A stretch of 64,000 nucleotides of DNA from Candidatus Omnitrophota bacterium (GTDB taxonomy: Bacteria > Omnitrophota > Omnitrophia > Omnitrophales > Aquincolibacteriaceae): NCBI GenBank assembly GCA_903856085.1, contig CAIOAT010000028.1, forward strand, positions 2,676-66,675. The letters run 5' to 3'. The notes beneath the pieces are model-generated. The model did not search any database and was not told the DNA's origin. It was given only the letters and a program-made list of their open reading frames with translations. Each line of letters opens with the position of its first letter. Position 1 is the stretch's first letter. This document shows positions 38,921 through 49,344 of the stretch, piece by piece. The position numbers and the translations under genes are program-made.

Positions 38921-40051
38921 TTAGCCGAGCAGATTGACAACTTCCTTCGCCGCTCGCGCGCTCGCGCCCTTTTCTCCGAGTTTCTCCCGGACCTGGCGGA
39001 ATTCCTCTTTCATCTTCTGTTGCAGCTCAGAGCTCTGGAGAAATACTTTTGCTTCGTGGGCGAGCGTTTCAGGATGGGCATCCTGTTGGATGAACTCTGG
39101 GACCACTCGATCCTCCGCAAGGAGGTTCACGAGGCCTAGGTAGGGGACTTTGATGAGGTGCCTGCCAAGGAAGTAGGTGGACCAGCTTGCCTTGTAGAGG
39201 AGAAAGAACGGCGTACCGATAAGTGCGGTTTCAAGCGTGGCGGTTCCGGAGGCTACATAGGCGAAATCCATAGCTTTCACGAGCTCATAGAAGGAAGTCG
39301 CGGGGCATTCAATCTTGAAAGATATCTGCTGAAGTAGTTCGTCATAGACTTCGGGGCGTACATTTGGTGATTTTGAGATGAAAAAGCGAGCTTCGGGAAA
39401 GTCCTTGCGGAGATGGGAAGCCGCTTGGAGCATGACCGGCAGGATGCGTTTGACCTCTTTTTCCCGTGAGCCCGAAAAAAGGCCGATCGCTTTTTGGCCC
39501 GGAACGATCCCGATTTTGGCCCTGAGTGTTCCGGCCTCCGGAAGTTCAGGGATCGCGTCTAACAGAGGATGCCCCACAAACTTTACGGCCACGCCTTCCT
39601 TTTCATAGAATTCTTTTTCAAAGGGCAGGATCACGAGCATTTCCCGAATGTGCTTTTTGACAATATGGATCCGGCGTTTTCCCCATGCCCAAAGCTGCGG
39701 GGAGATGTAATAAAGGACGGGAGTCGCGGCGGAGATCTTTTTAGCGAGCCGGAGATTGAACGCCGGGGAATCGATCAGGATCACGGCGTCCGGTTTTTCA
39801 TGGCGGATATGTTCGAGCGTTTCGTTAAAGATTTTAAGATACTTAAAATAATTCCTGAGAACGTCGCCCAAGCCAAGCGCAGAGATCTTCGTCATGTCAT
39901 GGAAGATCTGCATGCCCGTCTTTTGCATTCTGGCGCCGCCCACACCGCAGAAAACCGCATTCGGAACGAGCTTTTGGATCTCGGAAATAAGATGAGCGCC
40001 GTGAAGGTCGCCTGAGGCTTCGCAGGCGACGAGAAAGATCTTCTTGGTCAT
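38921..40051 (-). CDS. lpxB: Lipid-A-disaccharide synthase
   Basis: EASGDLHG, IDSPAFN, SPQLWAW, FVGHPL, GSR and SGTATLE. Confidence 0.95.
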   Translation of the reverse strand: MTKKIFLVACEASGDLHGAHLISEIQKLVPNAVFCGVGGARMQKTGMQIFHDMTKISALGLGDVLRNYFKYLKIFNETLEHIRHEKPDAVILIDSPAFNLRLAKKISAATPVLYYISPQLWAWGKRRIHIVKKHIREMLVILPFEKEFYEKEGVAVKFVGHPLLDAIPELPEAGTLRAKIGIVPGQKAIGLFSGSREKEVKRILPVMLQAASHLRKDFPEARFFISKSPNVRPEVYDELLQQISFKIECPATSFYELVKAMDFAYVASGTATLETALIGTPFFLLYKASWSTYFLGRHLIKVPYLGLVNLLAEDRVVPEFIQQDAHPETLAHEAKVFLQSSELQQKMKEEFRQVREKLGEKGASARAAKEVVNLLG

Positions 40052-40995
40052 GGTTTTGAATGAACCGTGGGCTTGGGTTGCTCTGCCTGGACTCTGCGTG
40101 CGATTTCCAGAGCCAGTTTCAGCGCGTCGCGGGCTGCGGTGTCAGGATGGCCAAGACTCTTGCCGGATCGGATATTTGCGAGAAAAAACTTCAATTCCTC
40201 TTTGAGGGGTTCGGCTTTTTCGATGTCCACGATCTCTGGAACGATTTCCGCGCCATTTTTACGGAAGATCTTGCAGCTTTGCGCGGCGAAATCAAGCGAG
40301 ATGTAGGCGTCCTCCTGGAAGATGCGGATCTTGCGCTGTTTTTCGAATGTGAGACGCGAGGCTGTGATGTCCGCGACTGCGCCATTCTTGAACTTCATGC
40401 GGACATTTGCGATATCCTCAAAAGGGGTGAGTACGTTCACGCCGATGGCGTCAAAGCTTGCCACTTCGGATTTTACAAGCCCGAGTACGATATCCAGATC
40501 ATGGATCATAAGATCGAGTACCACGCCGCAGTCATTGATTCGGCCAGTGAAGGGACCGAGGCGATGGATCTCAAGAAAACGGATATTCTTGGCGATCTCT
40601 TCAATGCGTTTGAATCCGGGATTATGGCGTTCAATGTGTCCAACCTGGAGCGCGCAATTTTTTTTCCGGGCGAGATCAAGAAGTTCGTCCGCTTCTTCGA
40701 GCTTCAACGTGATGGGTTTTTCGATCAGGGTATGGATACCGGCTTTAAGGAAATCCTTGGCGACTGTATAGTGAGTTGATGTCGGGGTAGCGATGCTCAC
40801 GGCGTCAACCTTGCCGATCAGTTCGCGCGGATCCTGAAAATAGGCAGTGCCGAGCTCCGTGGCTTTTTCAGCCTTGGCGGGGTCACTGTCTGAGATACCG
40901 ACCAATTCAGACTCGGGGAGGTCACGATAGATTCGGGCATGTTCCTTGCCTAAGTGTCCCACGCCGACCACGCCGACTTTGAGGGGTGCTGTCAT
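40048..40995 (-). CDS. Gfo/Idh/MocA oxidoreductase, GnnA-like
   Basis: GVGHLGKEHAR, IEKPI, VGHIER and DLMIHDLD; stop overlaps the lpxB start. Confidence 0.8.
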   Translation of the reverse strand: MTAPLKVGVVGVGHLGKEHARIYRDLPESELVGISDSDPAKAEKATELGTAYFQDPRELIGKVDAVSIATPTSTHYTVAKDFLKAGIHTLIEKPITLKLEEADELLDLARKKNCALQVGHIERHNPGFKRIEEIAKNIRFLEIHRLGPFTGRINDCGVVLDLMIHDLDIVLGLVKSEVASFDAIGVNVLTPFEDIANVRMKFKNGAVADITASRLTFEKQRKIRIFQEDAYISLDFAAQSCKIFRKNGAEIVPEIVDIEKAEPLKEELKFFLANIRSGKSLGHPDTAARDALKLALEIARRVQAEQPKPTVHSKP

Positions 40996-41115
40996 CCTAA
41001 ATCCTTCACATCTCATGGGTTATCTAGAAGAAAACAAGTGGAAGAAGCTTAAATCATAACCTTGAGCAGTGTCAACGAATATGTTACAGTGTCGCTTCAA
41101 ATCGCGCGGCGCTTC

Positions 41116-41157
41116 GCGTACGGAGTACGGCATCAGGGTACTCCTCACACCGTACGC
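41116..41157. repeat. Heptad-based inverted-repeat element
   Basis: GCGTACGG-AGTACGG...CCGTACGC. Confidence 0.55.
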
Positions 41158-41196
41158 TGTGCGTCTTACAACAGACTCCTTACTGAGGACTTTTTC

Positions 41197-42960
41197 ATGG
41201 ATATCTATAAAAGATTATTGAACTATGTGAAGCCGTACCGTTGGCGTCTCGCCATCGCTTTTCTGTGCATGCTCGCTTTTTCGATAGCGAATTCGCTTGT
41301 CTCGGTCGCTATCTATGTTGTTACGAAAGGGTTTGTTCAGAAGAATCAGGTCGTCGTCGACAACGTCCCTTATCTTTCAAAATATTTCCCCAAGATATCC
41401 TCGGTAGCGCTGCCCATTATTTGGATTCCGATCATTCTGGTTTGCGTGTTCATCTTGCGCGGTTTTTTTGATTATGTCTCGAATTATCAAATGTCCAATG
41501 TGGGGATTCTCGCAGTCCGTAAGGTCCGGGACGATCTTTACCGGCATCTGGTCTATCTTTCCCATGACTTTTATGCGAAGGGACGTACCGGGGATTTTTT
41601 GAGTCGTATTACGAACGATGTGGGTCAGATCCAGGGCGCGATCACGGACGTGATCACCGATCTTGTCAAACAGCCACTCGTCATTCTTTTCAATATCCCT
41701 TTTATTTTTATGTGGGGTGGGAAATATGCACTTATCGCGATCATCATCTTTCCGCTGGTGGCGATCCCTATCGTGCTTTTGGGCAAGCAACTTCGGAAAC
41801 TGACGAAAAAAATGCAGGAGCGCACCGGGGATATCACCTCCTTCATCGGAGAGACTCTGGCTGGGGCTCATATCGTAAAGTCCTTTACGAGCGAAGAAAG
41901 AGAGATTCACCGTTTTGAGGAGATCAATGAAAGTGTTTTCGAGTTCTTCAGAAGGACCATCAAGGTCACGATCATCCAGCGCCCTTTGATCGAAGTGATC
42001 GGCGCGGTCGGCGCTGGGTTTGCGGTGTTGTTTGGGATCAAATATCTGCCGCCGGAACGGTTCGCGGCCTTTTTCATCTCTTTGTACATTTGCTATGAAC
42101 CTCTCAAAAAAATAAGCAAGGTGAATAGTACCATTCAGCAGTCCATTGCCTCGGGGCAGCGTATTTTTGAGGTGTTGGACTCCAAGCCCACGATCCATGA
42201 CAAGCCCGGCGCCCTCGTCTTTTCGGAGGTGGTCCGCGAGATCAGCTATGAGCATGTGGGTTTTTATTATGAATTCGATAAATGGGTTCTCAAGGATATC
42301 GACGTCAAGGCTAGACAAAATGAGGTGATCGCATTTGTGGGCGCGAGTGGTTCCGGGAAGACCACCCTCATAAGTTTGCTCCTTCGTTTTTATGATCCGG
42401 TCGAAGGCTTGATCAAGATCAACGGCAAGGACATTCGGGATCTGACACTTCACTCCTTAAGGAACTTGATCGGGATCGTGTCGCAAGAGACCGTGCTGTT
42501 TAATTGCACGATCCGGGAGAATATTGCTTATGGACGTCCTGACGCGAGTTTAGAAGATGTGAAACGAGCCGCGGAGATTGCGTATGCCAACCACTTTATC
42601 GAAGCCCTTCCTCAAGGGTACGATACTCCGCTGGGGGACAGAGGCCTCAAGCTTTCGGGCGGCGAGCGCCAACGTATTGCGATTGCAAGGGCTCTTTTGA
42701 AGGATCCGCCGATCTTAATCCTTGATGAGGCGACTTCACATCTTGATACCCAAAGCGAGAAAGAAGTTCAGGGCGCTTTGGAGAACCTCATGAAAGCCCG
42801 CACCGTGCTCGTGATCGCCCACCGTCTCTCTACCATCCAGAAAGCGGACCGCATTCTTGTGATGGATAAGGGGCAGATCGTCCAGCAGGGAACGAATGAG
42901 TTTCTTTTGCGATTGGGCGGAATGTATAAGAAGCTTTACGACCTGCAGTTCAACCTCTGA
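41197..42960 (+). CDS. msbA: MsbA-like ABC exporter (TMD+NBD)
   Basis: GASGSGKT, LSGGERQR and DEATS; adjacent to lpxB. Confidence 0.8.
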   Translation: MDIYKRLLNYVKPYRWRLAIAFLCMLAFSIANSLVSVAIYVVTKGFVQKNQVVVDNVPYLSKYFPKISSVALPIIWIPIILVCVFILRGFFDYVSNYQMSNVGILAVRKVRDDLYRHLVYLSHDFYAKGRTGDFLSRITNDVGQIQGAITDVITDLVKQPLVILFNIPFIFMWGGKYALIAIIIFPLVAIPIVLLGKQLRKLTKKMQERTGDITSFIGETLAGAHIVKSFTSEEREIHRFEEINESVFEFFRRTIKVTIIQRPLIEVIGAVGAGFAVLFGIKYLPPERFAAFFISLYICYEPLKKISKVNSTIQQSIASGQRIFEVLDSKPTIHDKPGALVFSEVVREISYEHVGFYYEFDKWVLKDIDVKARQNEVIAFVGASGSGKTTLISLLLRFYDPVEGLIKINGKDIRDLTLHSLRNLIGIVSQETVLFNCTIRENIAYGRPDASLEDVKRAAEIAYANHFIEALPQGYDTPLGDRGLKLSGGERQRIAIARALLKDPPILILDEATSHLDTQSEKEVQGALENLMKARTVLVIAHRLSTIQKADRILVMDKGQIVQQGTNEFLLRLGGMYKKLYDLQFNL

Positions 42961-43146
42961 TCAGGTCTCTCGACCTGGCCGATTTTTTGTGATCAAAGGG
43001 GCGATGTCCTCTCAGCTATTTATAGCGATCCTGATCTTTTCTATTAATGATCAACATTCTCTGCGTGATGCACTCCTTGTCTATTTGCCATTTTCAAGAT
43101 GGGGTGTTAGGCTTTTTCCAGCGTATTCCTAAAATTAGGAAGGGGA

Positions 43147-46100
43147 ATGAAAATAGCTCCTATGAAATGCATCTTCTCGCCAAAGAAAATCGTCTTTAAA
43201 ACGACGGCGCTTTTGACAGCCGTTTTTTTTATCTTTAGCGGAATTATTGTTCCCTCCGCTTTTGCGTTGTTGAACGAACTCACACTTAATGAAGCGCAGA
43301 AGCCTGTGTCGACGCTCACACTCGAGCAGGCGAATGCTCAGACTCCTGCCGTGCAGAGAGTGGTCCCATCAGGTGTTGCTCTGCAGAATTCAGATCCGCT
43401 CTTTCTTCCCGAAAATCCTCCCCTTAACGATGAACCCCAAGCCGCGGCGCAGACTTTTAACGTTCACAAGGGCGAATCCATTCAGGCCTCCATTGACCAG
43501 GCTCAGACAGGGGATACTGTCTATATCAATGCGGGAACTTATTATGAACACATTAGCTTGAAAGCCGGGGTCGTTTTGAAGGGCGAGGACAAAAAGACCA
43601 CGGTTATTGACGGAGGTTATGATTCCGGTTCTCCTGTGATCCGGGCGCTTGGGGATAACGTGATCGAGAATCTCACCATTACCGGCGCAAAAGACACTCA
43701 AGGTCAGATTTCAGGCGCGATTAGGATCGAGGGCGATCACGTGACCGTCCGTGACAACAAGATCTTGTTCAATCTGAGCGCAGGGGTTTATGTTCAGGCG
43801 GATGTTCTCTATGTTTCGATCGAAGGAAATATTTTCCACGGGAATTCGATCGCCATCAAAGAACCCAAAAATAGAAATACGATCTCATACAATACGATTG
43901 TGGGCTATGAAACAGCTCCCGTTCCACGGATCTCTTCTATTCACTATCTTTCGAGCCAAGGTTTTCAATTGGGGATCGCGTATTCCGAAGGTATCTACTC
44001 TTACCGCATTCAATACTCGGATGATGGAGGTCAAACCTGGAAGTTCGCACAGACAGAGGTCTCGCCCGGAGTTTTTGGGGATCAAATTGTTTTGGCAAAT
44101 CGAGCCGGGATAACCTACTGGACCGATAATGGTTCAACAACAAGCCCGGGGCCGATGGAGGTTGCTATGCGATGGTACCGGACGGTGGTGGCGGAATCAT
44201 TTGTATCGCAGATCGGGATCCAGATCCTTAATGATCATTCACCGGTCATTCACGATAACATCATTGCCCATCAGACGGTGCAGTCGATATGGGAGCAAAC
44301 CGCGACGCCTTTTTCCGGAAATGCCGAGCTTTCAGACAATATTCTCTTTCATAATAATGAAATCGGCGACGCGTCGGGCCCGCATCTTCCTCCGCAAATC
44401 AGCCCGGTAACAGGGATAGGATGGACGGGCGGGAACGTGCTTGCCGATCCGCAATTCGCCGGTCCTTCTCAAGGGGATTACACCGTTCCTGAGACGTCGC
44501 CTGCATTTTACCGGGGCGCTTTTGTTCCCGGGGTCCTGCGATTTGCGCTTGACCGGGCCGATGGGGTGCACATGCAGACCGGTGCAACCTATACGTTCGA
44601 GAAGATCCTCTCCGGTGGACAACTGACCGGCTGGCGCTTTGTCTACAACGAAGGTTCCATCGAGACATTCGATGTCGATGGAACGAAACACTTGGACTCC
44701 ACGCCGCCTGTAATCGCAATTCTTTCTCCAGGAACCCCCACCCATCAGGTTGCTTATCAGCTTGTTTATACCGTTGACGGCGTCCAGCAAACCGAACTCC
44801 GGACCTTGGTGGAGGGTGCGAACGCTTTGACCGTCTTCGCCTCTGATATTTTCGGGAATTGGACATCGCAGAATGCCAGCGTCACTCTGGATACCGTGGC
44901 TCCTTCGGGAAGCGTTTTGATCAATAATGGGGATGCCTCGACCGGTTCCACCGCCGTGAATCTGACTCTGACCGGTTCGGACCTGACGTCCGGTGTGGAT
45001 ACGATGCGGTTTTCGGTGGATGGCGGCACGACTTGGACTGCGTGGGAAGCGTTTGCCACGACAAAGACCGTAACGCTCAGCGGGAGTTTTGGAACGAAGG
45101 AGGTCCGGTACCAATTGCGCGACAAGGCGGCGAATGTGGCGACGTTTTCGGATACGATCGTTTATGGGGGGGCACCGCCGACGATACCGGTCATGACGTC
45201 CACGGTTCCCGCTTTTACGAACCAGACAACACTGACCCTGTCCGGAACAAAAGGAGCGCAGACTTCAATCCTGATCAACGGGGTTATCGTGGTGCCATTG
45301 GATAATAGCACGACGTGGACGGCCACCGTCAACCTCGGGACCGAAGGGAATAACGCTTTCACGGTCACCAGCAAGAACGGTGCCGGTGACACAAGCGGCC
45401 CCCTTGTGCTGAACGTGACACGTGACATGGCCGCTCCGACCGGAAGCCTCACGGTCAATAGCGGTGCTGCGGCGACATCTTTGCCCAATGTGACGCTTGC
45501 GCTGACGGCGGGCGACGCCACTTCCGGTGTCGATAAAGTCCGCTTTTCCGCAGATGGCGGTAACAACTGGACCGCATGGGAAGTATCGCTCGGCTCGAAA
45601 TCGCTTGCATTGCCTGCGGGCGATGGTACTAAGCAGATCTGGTATCAGGTTAGTGACCGGGCTGGAAATGCTGCAACTTTTTTCAGTTCGATTCTTCTTG
45701 ATACCACGGCGCCTTCCGGTTCGGTGGTGATCAATAATGGGGATGCAAAAACGAATTCGCGCAGCGTGACACTTACGCTCACGGGTTCGGACGCCGGGGC
45801 AGGGCTCGATCAGATGAGATTTTCCGTCGACAACGGGACCACATGGAGCGCCTGGCAGGCAGTAGCGTCCAGCGCGTCCGTGACGCTTGCGGATGTGGAC
45901 GGAACGCAAACGGTGAAATATGAGCTTCGCGACAAGGTGGGGATTTCCGCCGTATTTTCCGACGCGATCATTTTGGAGCGAACGCCTTTGGCAGGGACTG
46001 TTCAGATCAATAATAGCGCGGCTTACACGAATTCCAATGTCGTTTTGGTCCGAATGAATGTAACGGACGGAGTGTCGCAGGTTTCCGAAATGCGTTACTC

Positions 46101-48573
46101 AACGAACGGGACGACGTGGACGGTGTGGCAGGAATACGCCTCTTTTTTTGGCTGCGAATTACCTTCCGGTGACGGGACGAAGACTTTCTATATCCAGGTA
46201 CGTGATCTCCTAGGGAATGTGCTTTCTGTCAGCGATACCATTATTCTGGAAACGGTTGCCCCGACGGGCTCGATCATGATCAATAACGGGGACACAAAAA
46301 CGGATTCACCGAATGTCACGCTCCAGCTTACGGCGGCGGACGCGACTTCCGGCGTCGATACCATGCGTTTTTCCAAGGACGGGGGGACGAATTGGACGGA
46401 GTGGGAGGCTTTTGCTTCGACCAAGACCCTGACGCTTACCGGTGGGACCGGAACGAGGGAAGTCCAGTATCAGGTGAGAGACAAGGCGGGGAATATCGCG
46501 GCCTATGCCGATACGATCTCGTACGATCTGGGGGTTCCCGCAGGAGCTTCGGTTGTTTCTGTCGTCGGCGGAGACAGGCGTCTTTTTGTTCAGAACCGGA
46601 AAGCGGACGGAACGCTCGAGCCGACGGTAGCCTTTGTCGCCAAGGGCGTGAACTGGTCGCCCACTTCGGCGGATTCGAATCCTGATGCGGATCCTCTGAT
46701 TTTCCGGAAAGAATTCCAGAAATGGTATGAGACGGACATTCCACTTATGGCGCAAATGGGCATCAATGTGGTCCGTGTCTATCATGACTTCGGGACCGAT
46801 GCGAATGCGATCAAGGTTCTGGATATGCTTTATCACTACGGGATCAAGGTCATCATGACGGTGGATTCTCCGCTGAGCACCTCCTGCGCGGACTTGAGTA
46901 ATATTTCAGCGGTGGTCAATGCCTACAAGAATCATCCCGCGATCCTGATGTGGGCGGTAGGCAATGAATGGGACATCAACAACTATTACGGAAAATTCAC
47001 CTCGCTACAGGCGTCCGCCGCTTTCACGCAGCAGGCGGCGCAGTTGATCAAGTCGCTTGATGCGAACCATCCCGTCACGACCCTTGTAGCGGATTCGGAC
47101 AATGCGAGAATCGCGGCAGCTTCGCTTGTACTGGCCATCGATGTTTGGGGCATCAATATTTATCGCGAGCAGAGTTTTGGAGAAGCGATATCCCAATGGA
47201 AGGCGGCCTCGAATAAGCCTTTCTATATCGGCGAATTTGGCGCGGACTCCTATGACCACCGGATCAATGCGGAAAATCAGGCCATGCAGGCGCAGATGGA
47301 CGGCCAGCTTTGGGATGAAGCCTATTTTGACCTTTCCGCGGAACGTACGGAGGGAGCGCTGATCGGGGCGCTTGCCTTCGAGTGGAGTGACGAATGGTGG
47401 AAAGGAGGCTCTCCAGGGTCTCACACGGTCAGCCCTGAGTCGAGCGTGGGTCAGCCGGACGGACACAACGATGAAAAATGGTTCGGGATCGTGGATGTTA
47501 ACCGGAACCTCAAGCAGGCCTATGCGGCGATCCAAGGCCGATTTCAGAATATTCCCGGCGCTGTTCAAACGAATGCTACGCCGCTCATCACCGTGATTTC
47601 GCAACAGGATACCTGGAATGGTTCTGCCCGGATCAAGCTAGAAGATAAGACTCTCTCCTATCGAATGGGCGGAATTACCGTGGCGGTTATTGATGGGAAT
47701 ACGGGGATCCGCCTGAGTGATGTGAGGACCTTCAACACGAGTGGGGATATCGCGAACATGACCGCCATGATCGATTACATCAATAGCCTCCCGTATGGAG
47801 CGGTCCTTGCGATATCAATCGGAGGCGAGGGAGGGTTTACGAATCCGAATGGGGTTCCATGGAATAATCCGGCTGTGGAGCAGGCTTATCAGTTGTTCGA
47901 GTCGCTCGGCAGTCAGAAAATTCGCAGCGTGAAGTTGTGGTATGGGTGGGCGATGATTACCGTGAAGGGGCAAGGAGTTGCTTTGGCCGAAGATTTTTCG
48001 GTGTCGGCGGGCCAATATAGCCTTACCCCCGTGACAGTGAGCGCTCGGATTACTCCGCCGCTGCCCTTGAACCCGGACGCAGGGCGCCGTTCAACGGTTT
48101 TAACGGCTGCGTCTCAAACGTTATCACCTGCTGTTGCTGTCGCAGAGCAGGTGGCTGTGCCACAGCCGCTGGTCCAGCAAACGGTTTCTGTCAGCGAAGT
48201 GGCGCCTCAGACTGTTTTAGTTCCAACTTCTTCGGTGCCGGAACCTATCGCAAGACAATCATTTAAGCGTAGACGATTTTATTTTCGGTCCGTTCCGGTC
48301 TCCAGCAAGCCGAAGGAAGTTGAGAAGAACAACGGTTTCGTGATGCCTCCGACCCAGAGCTTGTTGCCAAGCGACAGCAAAGGATCTAAGGTTAAGGTCC
48401 GTAAGAAGATCACTTCGGCAAAGGTGTTGCCTTTTCACACCGAAAATACGAAGCGGGATATGACCATGGATCTAAAACAAAAATCTCTAGCTTTAACGAA
48501 TGTCTGCGGAGATGCATTTTCCGGCACGGCATTTTGCATGCTCGGGGCTGAGCGTATTCTAGGACAGGATTAA
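43147..48573 (+). CDS. Large secreted multidomain protein: beta-helix, Ig-like repeats, clan GH-A glycoside hydrolase and ILEI-like domain
   Basis: Signal peptide; SIQASID...GDTVYINAGTYYE; repeated DT.APSGS..IN.G units; WAVGNEW, YIGEFG and FEWSDEWWK. Confidence 0.8.
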   Translation: MKIAPMKCIFSPKKIVFKTTALLTAVFFIFSGIIVPSAFALLNELTLNEAQKPVSTLTLEQANAQTPAVQRVVPSGVALQNSDPLFLPENPPLNDEPQAAAQTFNVHKGESIQASIDQAQTGDTVYINAGTYYEHISLKAGVVLKGEDKKTTVIDGGYDSGSPVIRALGDNVIENLTITGAKDTQGQISGAIRIEGDHVTVRDNKILFNLSAGVYVQADVLYVSIEGNIFHGNSIAIKEPKNRNTISYNTIVGYETAPVPRISSIHYLSSQGFQLGIAYSEGIYSYRIQYSDDGGQTWKFAQTEVSPGVFGDQIVLANRAGITYWTDNGSTTSPGPMEVAMRWYRTVVAESFVSQIGIQILNDHSPVIHDNIIAHQTVQSIWEQTATPFSGNAELSDNILFHNNEIGDASGPHLPPQISPVTGIGWTGGNVLADPQFAGPSQGDYTVPETSPAFYRGAFVPGVLRFALDRADGVHMQTGATYTFEKILSGGQLTGWRFVYNEGSIETFDVDGTKHLDSTPPVIAILSPGTPTHQVAYQLVYTVDGVQQTELRTLVEGANALTVFASDIFGNWTSQNASVTLDTVAPSGSVLINNGDASTGSTAVNLTLTGSDLTSGVDTMRFSVDGGTTWTAWEAFATTKTVTLSGSFGTKEVRYQLRDKAANVATFSDTIVYGGAPPTIPVMTSTVPAFTNQTTLTLSGTKGAQTSILINGVIVVPLDNSTTWTATVNLGTEGNNAFTVTSKNGAGDTSGPLVLNVTRDMAAPTGSLTVNSGAAATSLPNVTLALTAGDATSGVDKVRFSADGGNNWTAWEVSLGSKSLALPAGDGTKQIWYQVSDRAGNAATFFSSILLDTTAPSGSVVINNGDAKTNSRSVTLTLTGSDAGAGLDQMRFSVDNGTTWSAWQAVASSASVTLADVDGTQTVKYELRDKVGISAVFSDAIILERTPLAGTVQINNSAAYTNSNVVLVRMNVTDGVSQVSEMRYSTNGTTWTVWQEYASFFGCELPSGDGTKTFYIQVRDLLGNVLSVSDTIILETVAPTGSIMINNGDTKTDSPNVTLQLTAADATSGVDTMRFSKDGGTNWTEWEAFASTKTLTLTGGTGTREVQYQVRDKAGNIAAYADTISYDLGVPAGASVVSVVGGDRRLFVQNRKADGTLEPTVAFVAKGVNWSPTSADSNPDADPLIFRKEFQKWYETDIPLMAQMGINVVRVYHDFGTDANAIKVLDMLYHYGIKVIMTVDSPLSTSCADLSNISAVVNAYKNHPAILMWAVGNEWDINNYYGKFTSLQASAAFTQQAAQLIKSLDANHPVTTLVADSDNARIAAASLVLAIDVWGINIYREQSFGEAISQWKAASNKPFYIGEFGADSYDHRINAENQAMQAQMDGQLWDEAYFDLSAERTEGALIGALAFEWSDEWWKGGSPGSHTVSPESSVGQPDGHNDEKWFGIVDVNRNLKQAYAAIQGRFQNIPGAVQTNATPLITVISQQDTWNGSARIKLEDKTLSYRMGGITVAVIDGNTGIRLSDVRTFNTSGDIANMTAMIDYINSLPYGAVLAISIGGEGGFTNPNGVPWNNPAVEQAYQLFESLGSQKIRSVKLWYGWAMITVKGQGVALAEDFSVSAGQYSLTPVTVSARITPPLPLNPDAGRRSTVLTAASQTLSPAVAVAEQVAVPQPLVQQTVSVSEVAPQTVLVPTSSVPEPIARQSFKRRRFYFRSVPVSSKPKEVEKNNGFVMPPTQSLLPSDSKGSKVKVRKKITSAKVLPFHTENTKRDMTMDLKQKSLALTNVCGDAFSGTAFCMLGAERILGQD
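44890..46525 (+). repeat. Five intragenic ~92-aa Ig-like repeats, plus one different Ig-like unit
   Basis: Recurrent G(S/T)xxIN.G, MRFSxDGGxxWxxW and RDKAGN. Confidence 0.8.
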
Positions 48574-48620
48574 CTCGCGCTACAGTTCGAACGGGGAGAA
48601 GTGCCGTTTCGTAGAGACAC

Positions 48621-48653
48621 AAAAAAGCCAAGCTTACATAGCTTGGCTTTTTT
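48621..48653. terminator. Bidirectional terminator
   Basis: AAAAAAGCCAAGCT-TACAT-AGCTTGGCTTTTTT between convergent genes. Confidence 0.9.
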
Positions 48654-48675
48654 ATTTCAATCTGAAGTCGTCTGA

Positions 48676-49101
48676 CTAGAACTTGAAAAGCTTGATCTTG
48701 GCGGCGTCGCCCGAGCCTTTCTCGGGTTGGGCGATTTCATAGCTGTCATCTTTCGCGTAACCGAGCGACGCGACCTTCTTGACGCCTTTGATGGTGTTAT
48801 CAACGACCTTTTCTCCCGCCTGCTGGGTTCCGTCCAGAGTTCCGACAATCGGTTTCTCCCGCATGGTGGATCCGCCCGTGTCGCTTAAAGTATCTCGGAC
48901 GTTATCATACGTAACTTCTTTGATGCCAGTCGCAAAATTCTTCGCAGGGTTATGCTTCTCGGGGGCTTGAGCCTCTTGCGCCATTTGTTTTTGGACCTTT
49001 TCCTGCTCGCGGGCGGCTTCATCGTACTGGCCGGATCGCGCCATGCCAAAATTGGCTGCGGCAACTACAAGGACGAGAGTGACAAGAATTTTCTTTTCCA
49101 T
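48676..49101 (-). CDS. Hypothetical secreted protein
   Basis: Signal peptide and GAGG RBS. Confidence 0.7.
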   Translation of the reverse strand: MEKKILVTLVLVVAAANFGMARSGQYDEAAREQEKVQKQMAQEAQAPEKHNPAKNFATGIKEVTYDNVRDTLSDTGGSTMREKPIVGTLDGTQQAGEKVVDNTIKGVKKVASLGYAKDDSYEIAQPEKGSGDAAKIKLFKF

Positions 49102-49193
49102 TTGGGAACCCTCACTTGGATGATTTTAGGAGAATAGTGGAGGTAGTATACACAATTCGTTTTTAAAGTAAACCTGCATCCGTGGGGCGGAGG

Positions 49194-49245
49194 GCGTACG
49201 GTGCCACGTGTTCGTTTTTAGCCGCACACCATACTCCATATGCAC
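49194..49245. repeat. Heptad-based element related to those at 41116 and 57684
   Basis: GCGTACGGTGC...GCCGCAC-ACCATAC-TCCATAT-GC. Confidence 0.5.
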
Positions 49246-49256
49246 CCGAAGGCTGT

Positions 49257-49285
49257 TTGATTTTTTATCACGGGCACGATATACT
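49257..49285 (+). promoter_or_regulatory. Sigma70 promoter of the hom operon
   Basis: TTGATT-17 nt-TATACT. Confidence 0.6.
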
Positions 49286-49344
49286 ACCGTGCCTTTGTTA
49301 AGGTTTTGTCATTACTATACTTAGAACAATTGATCGGGAGAAAT

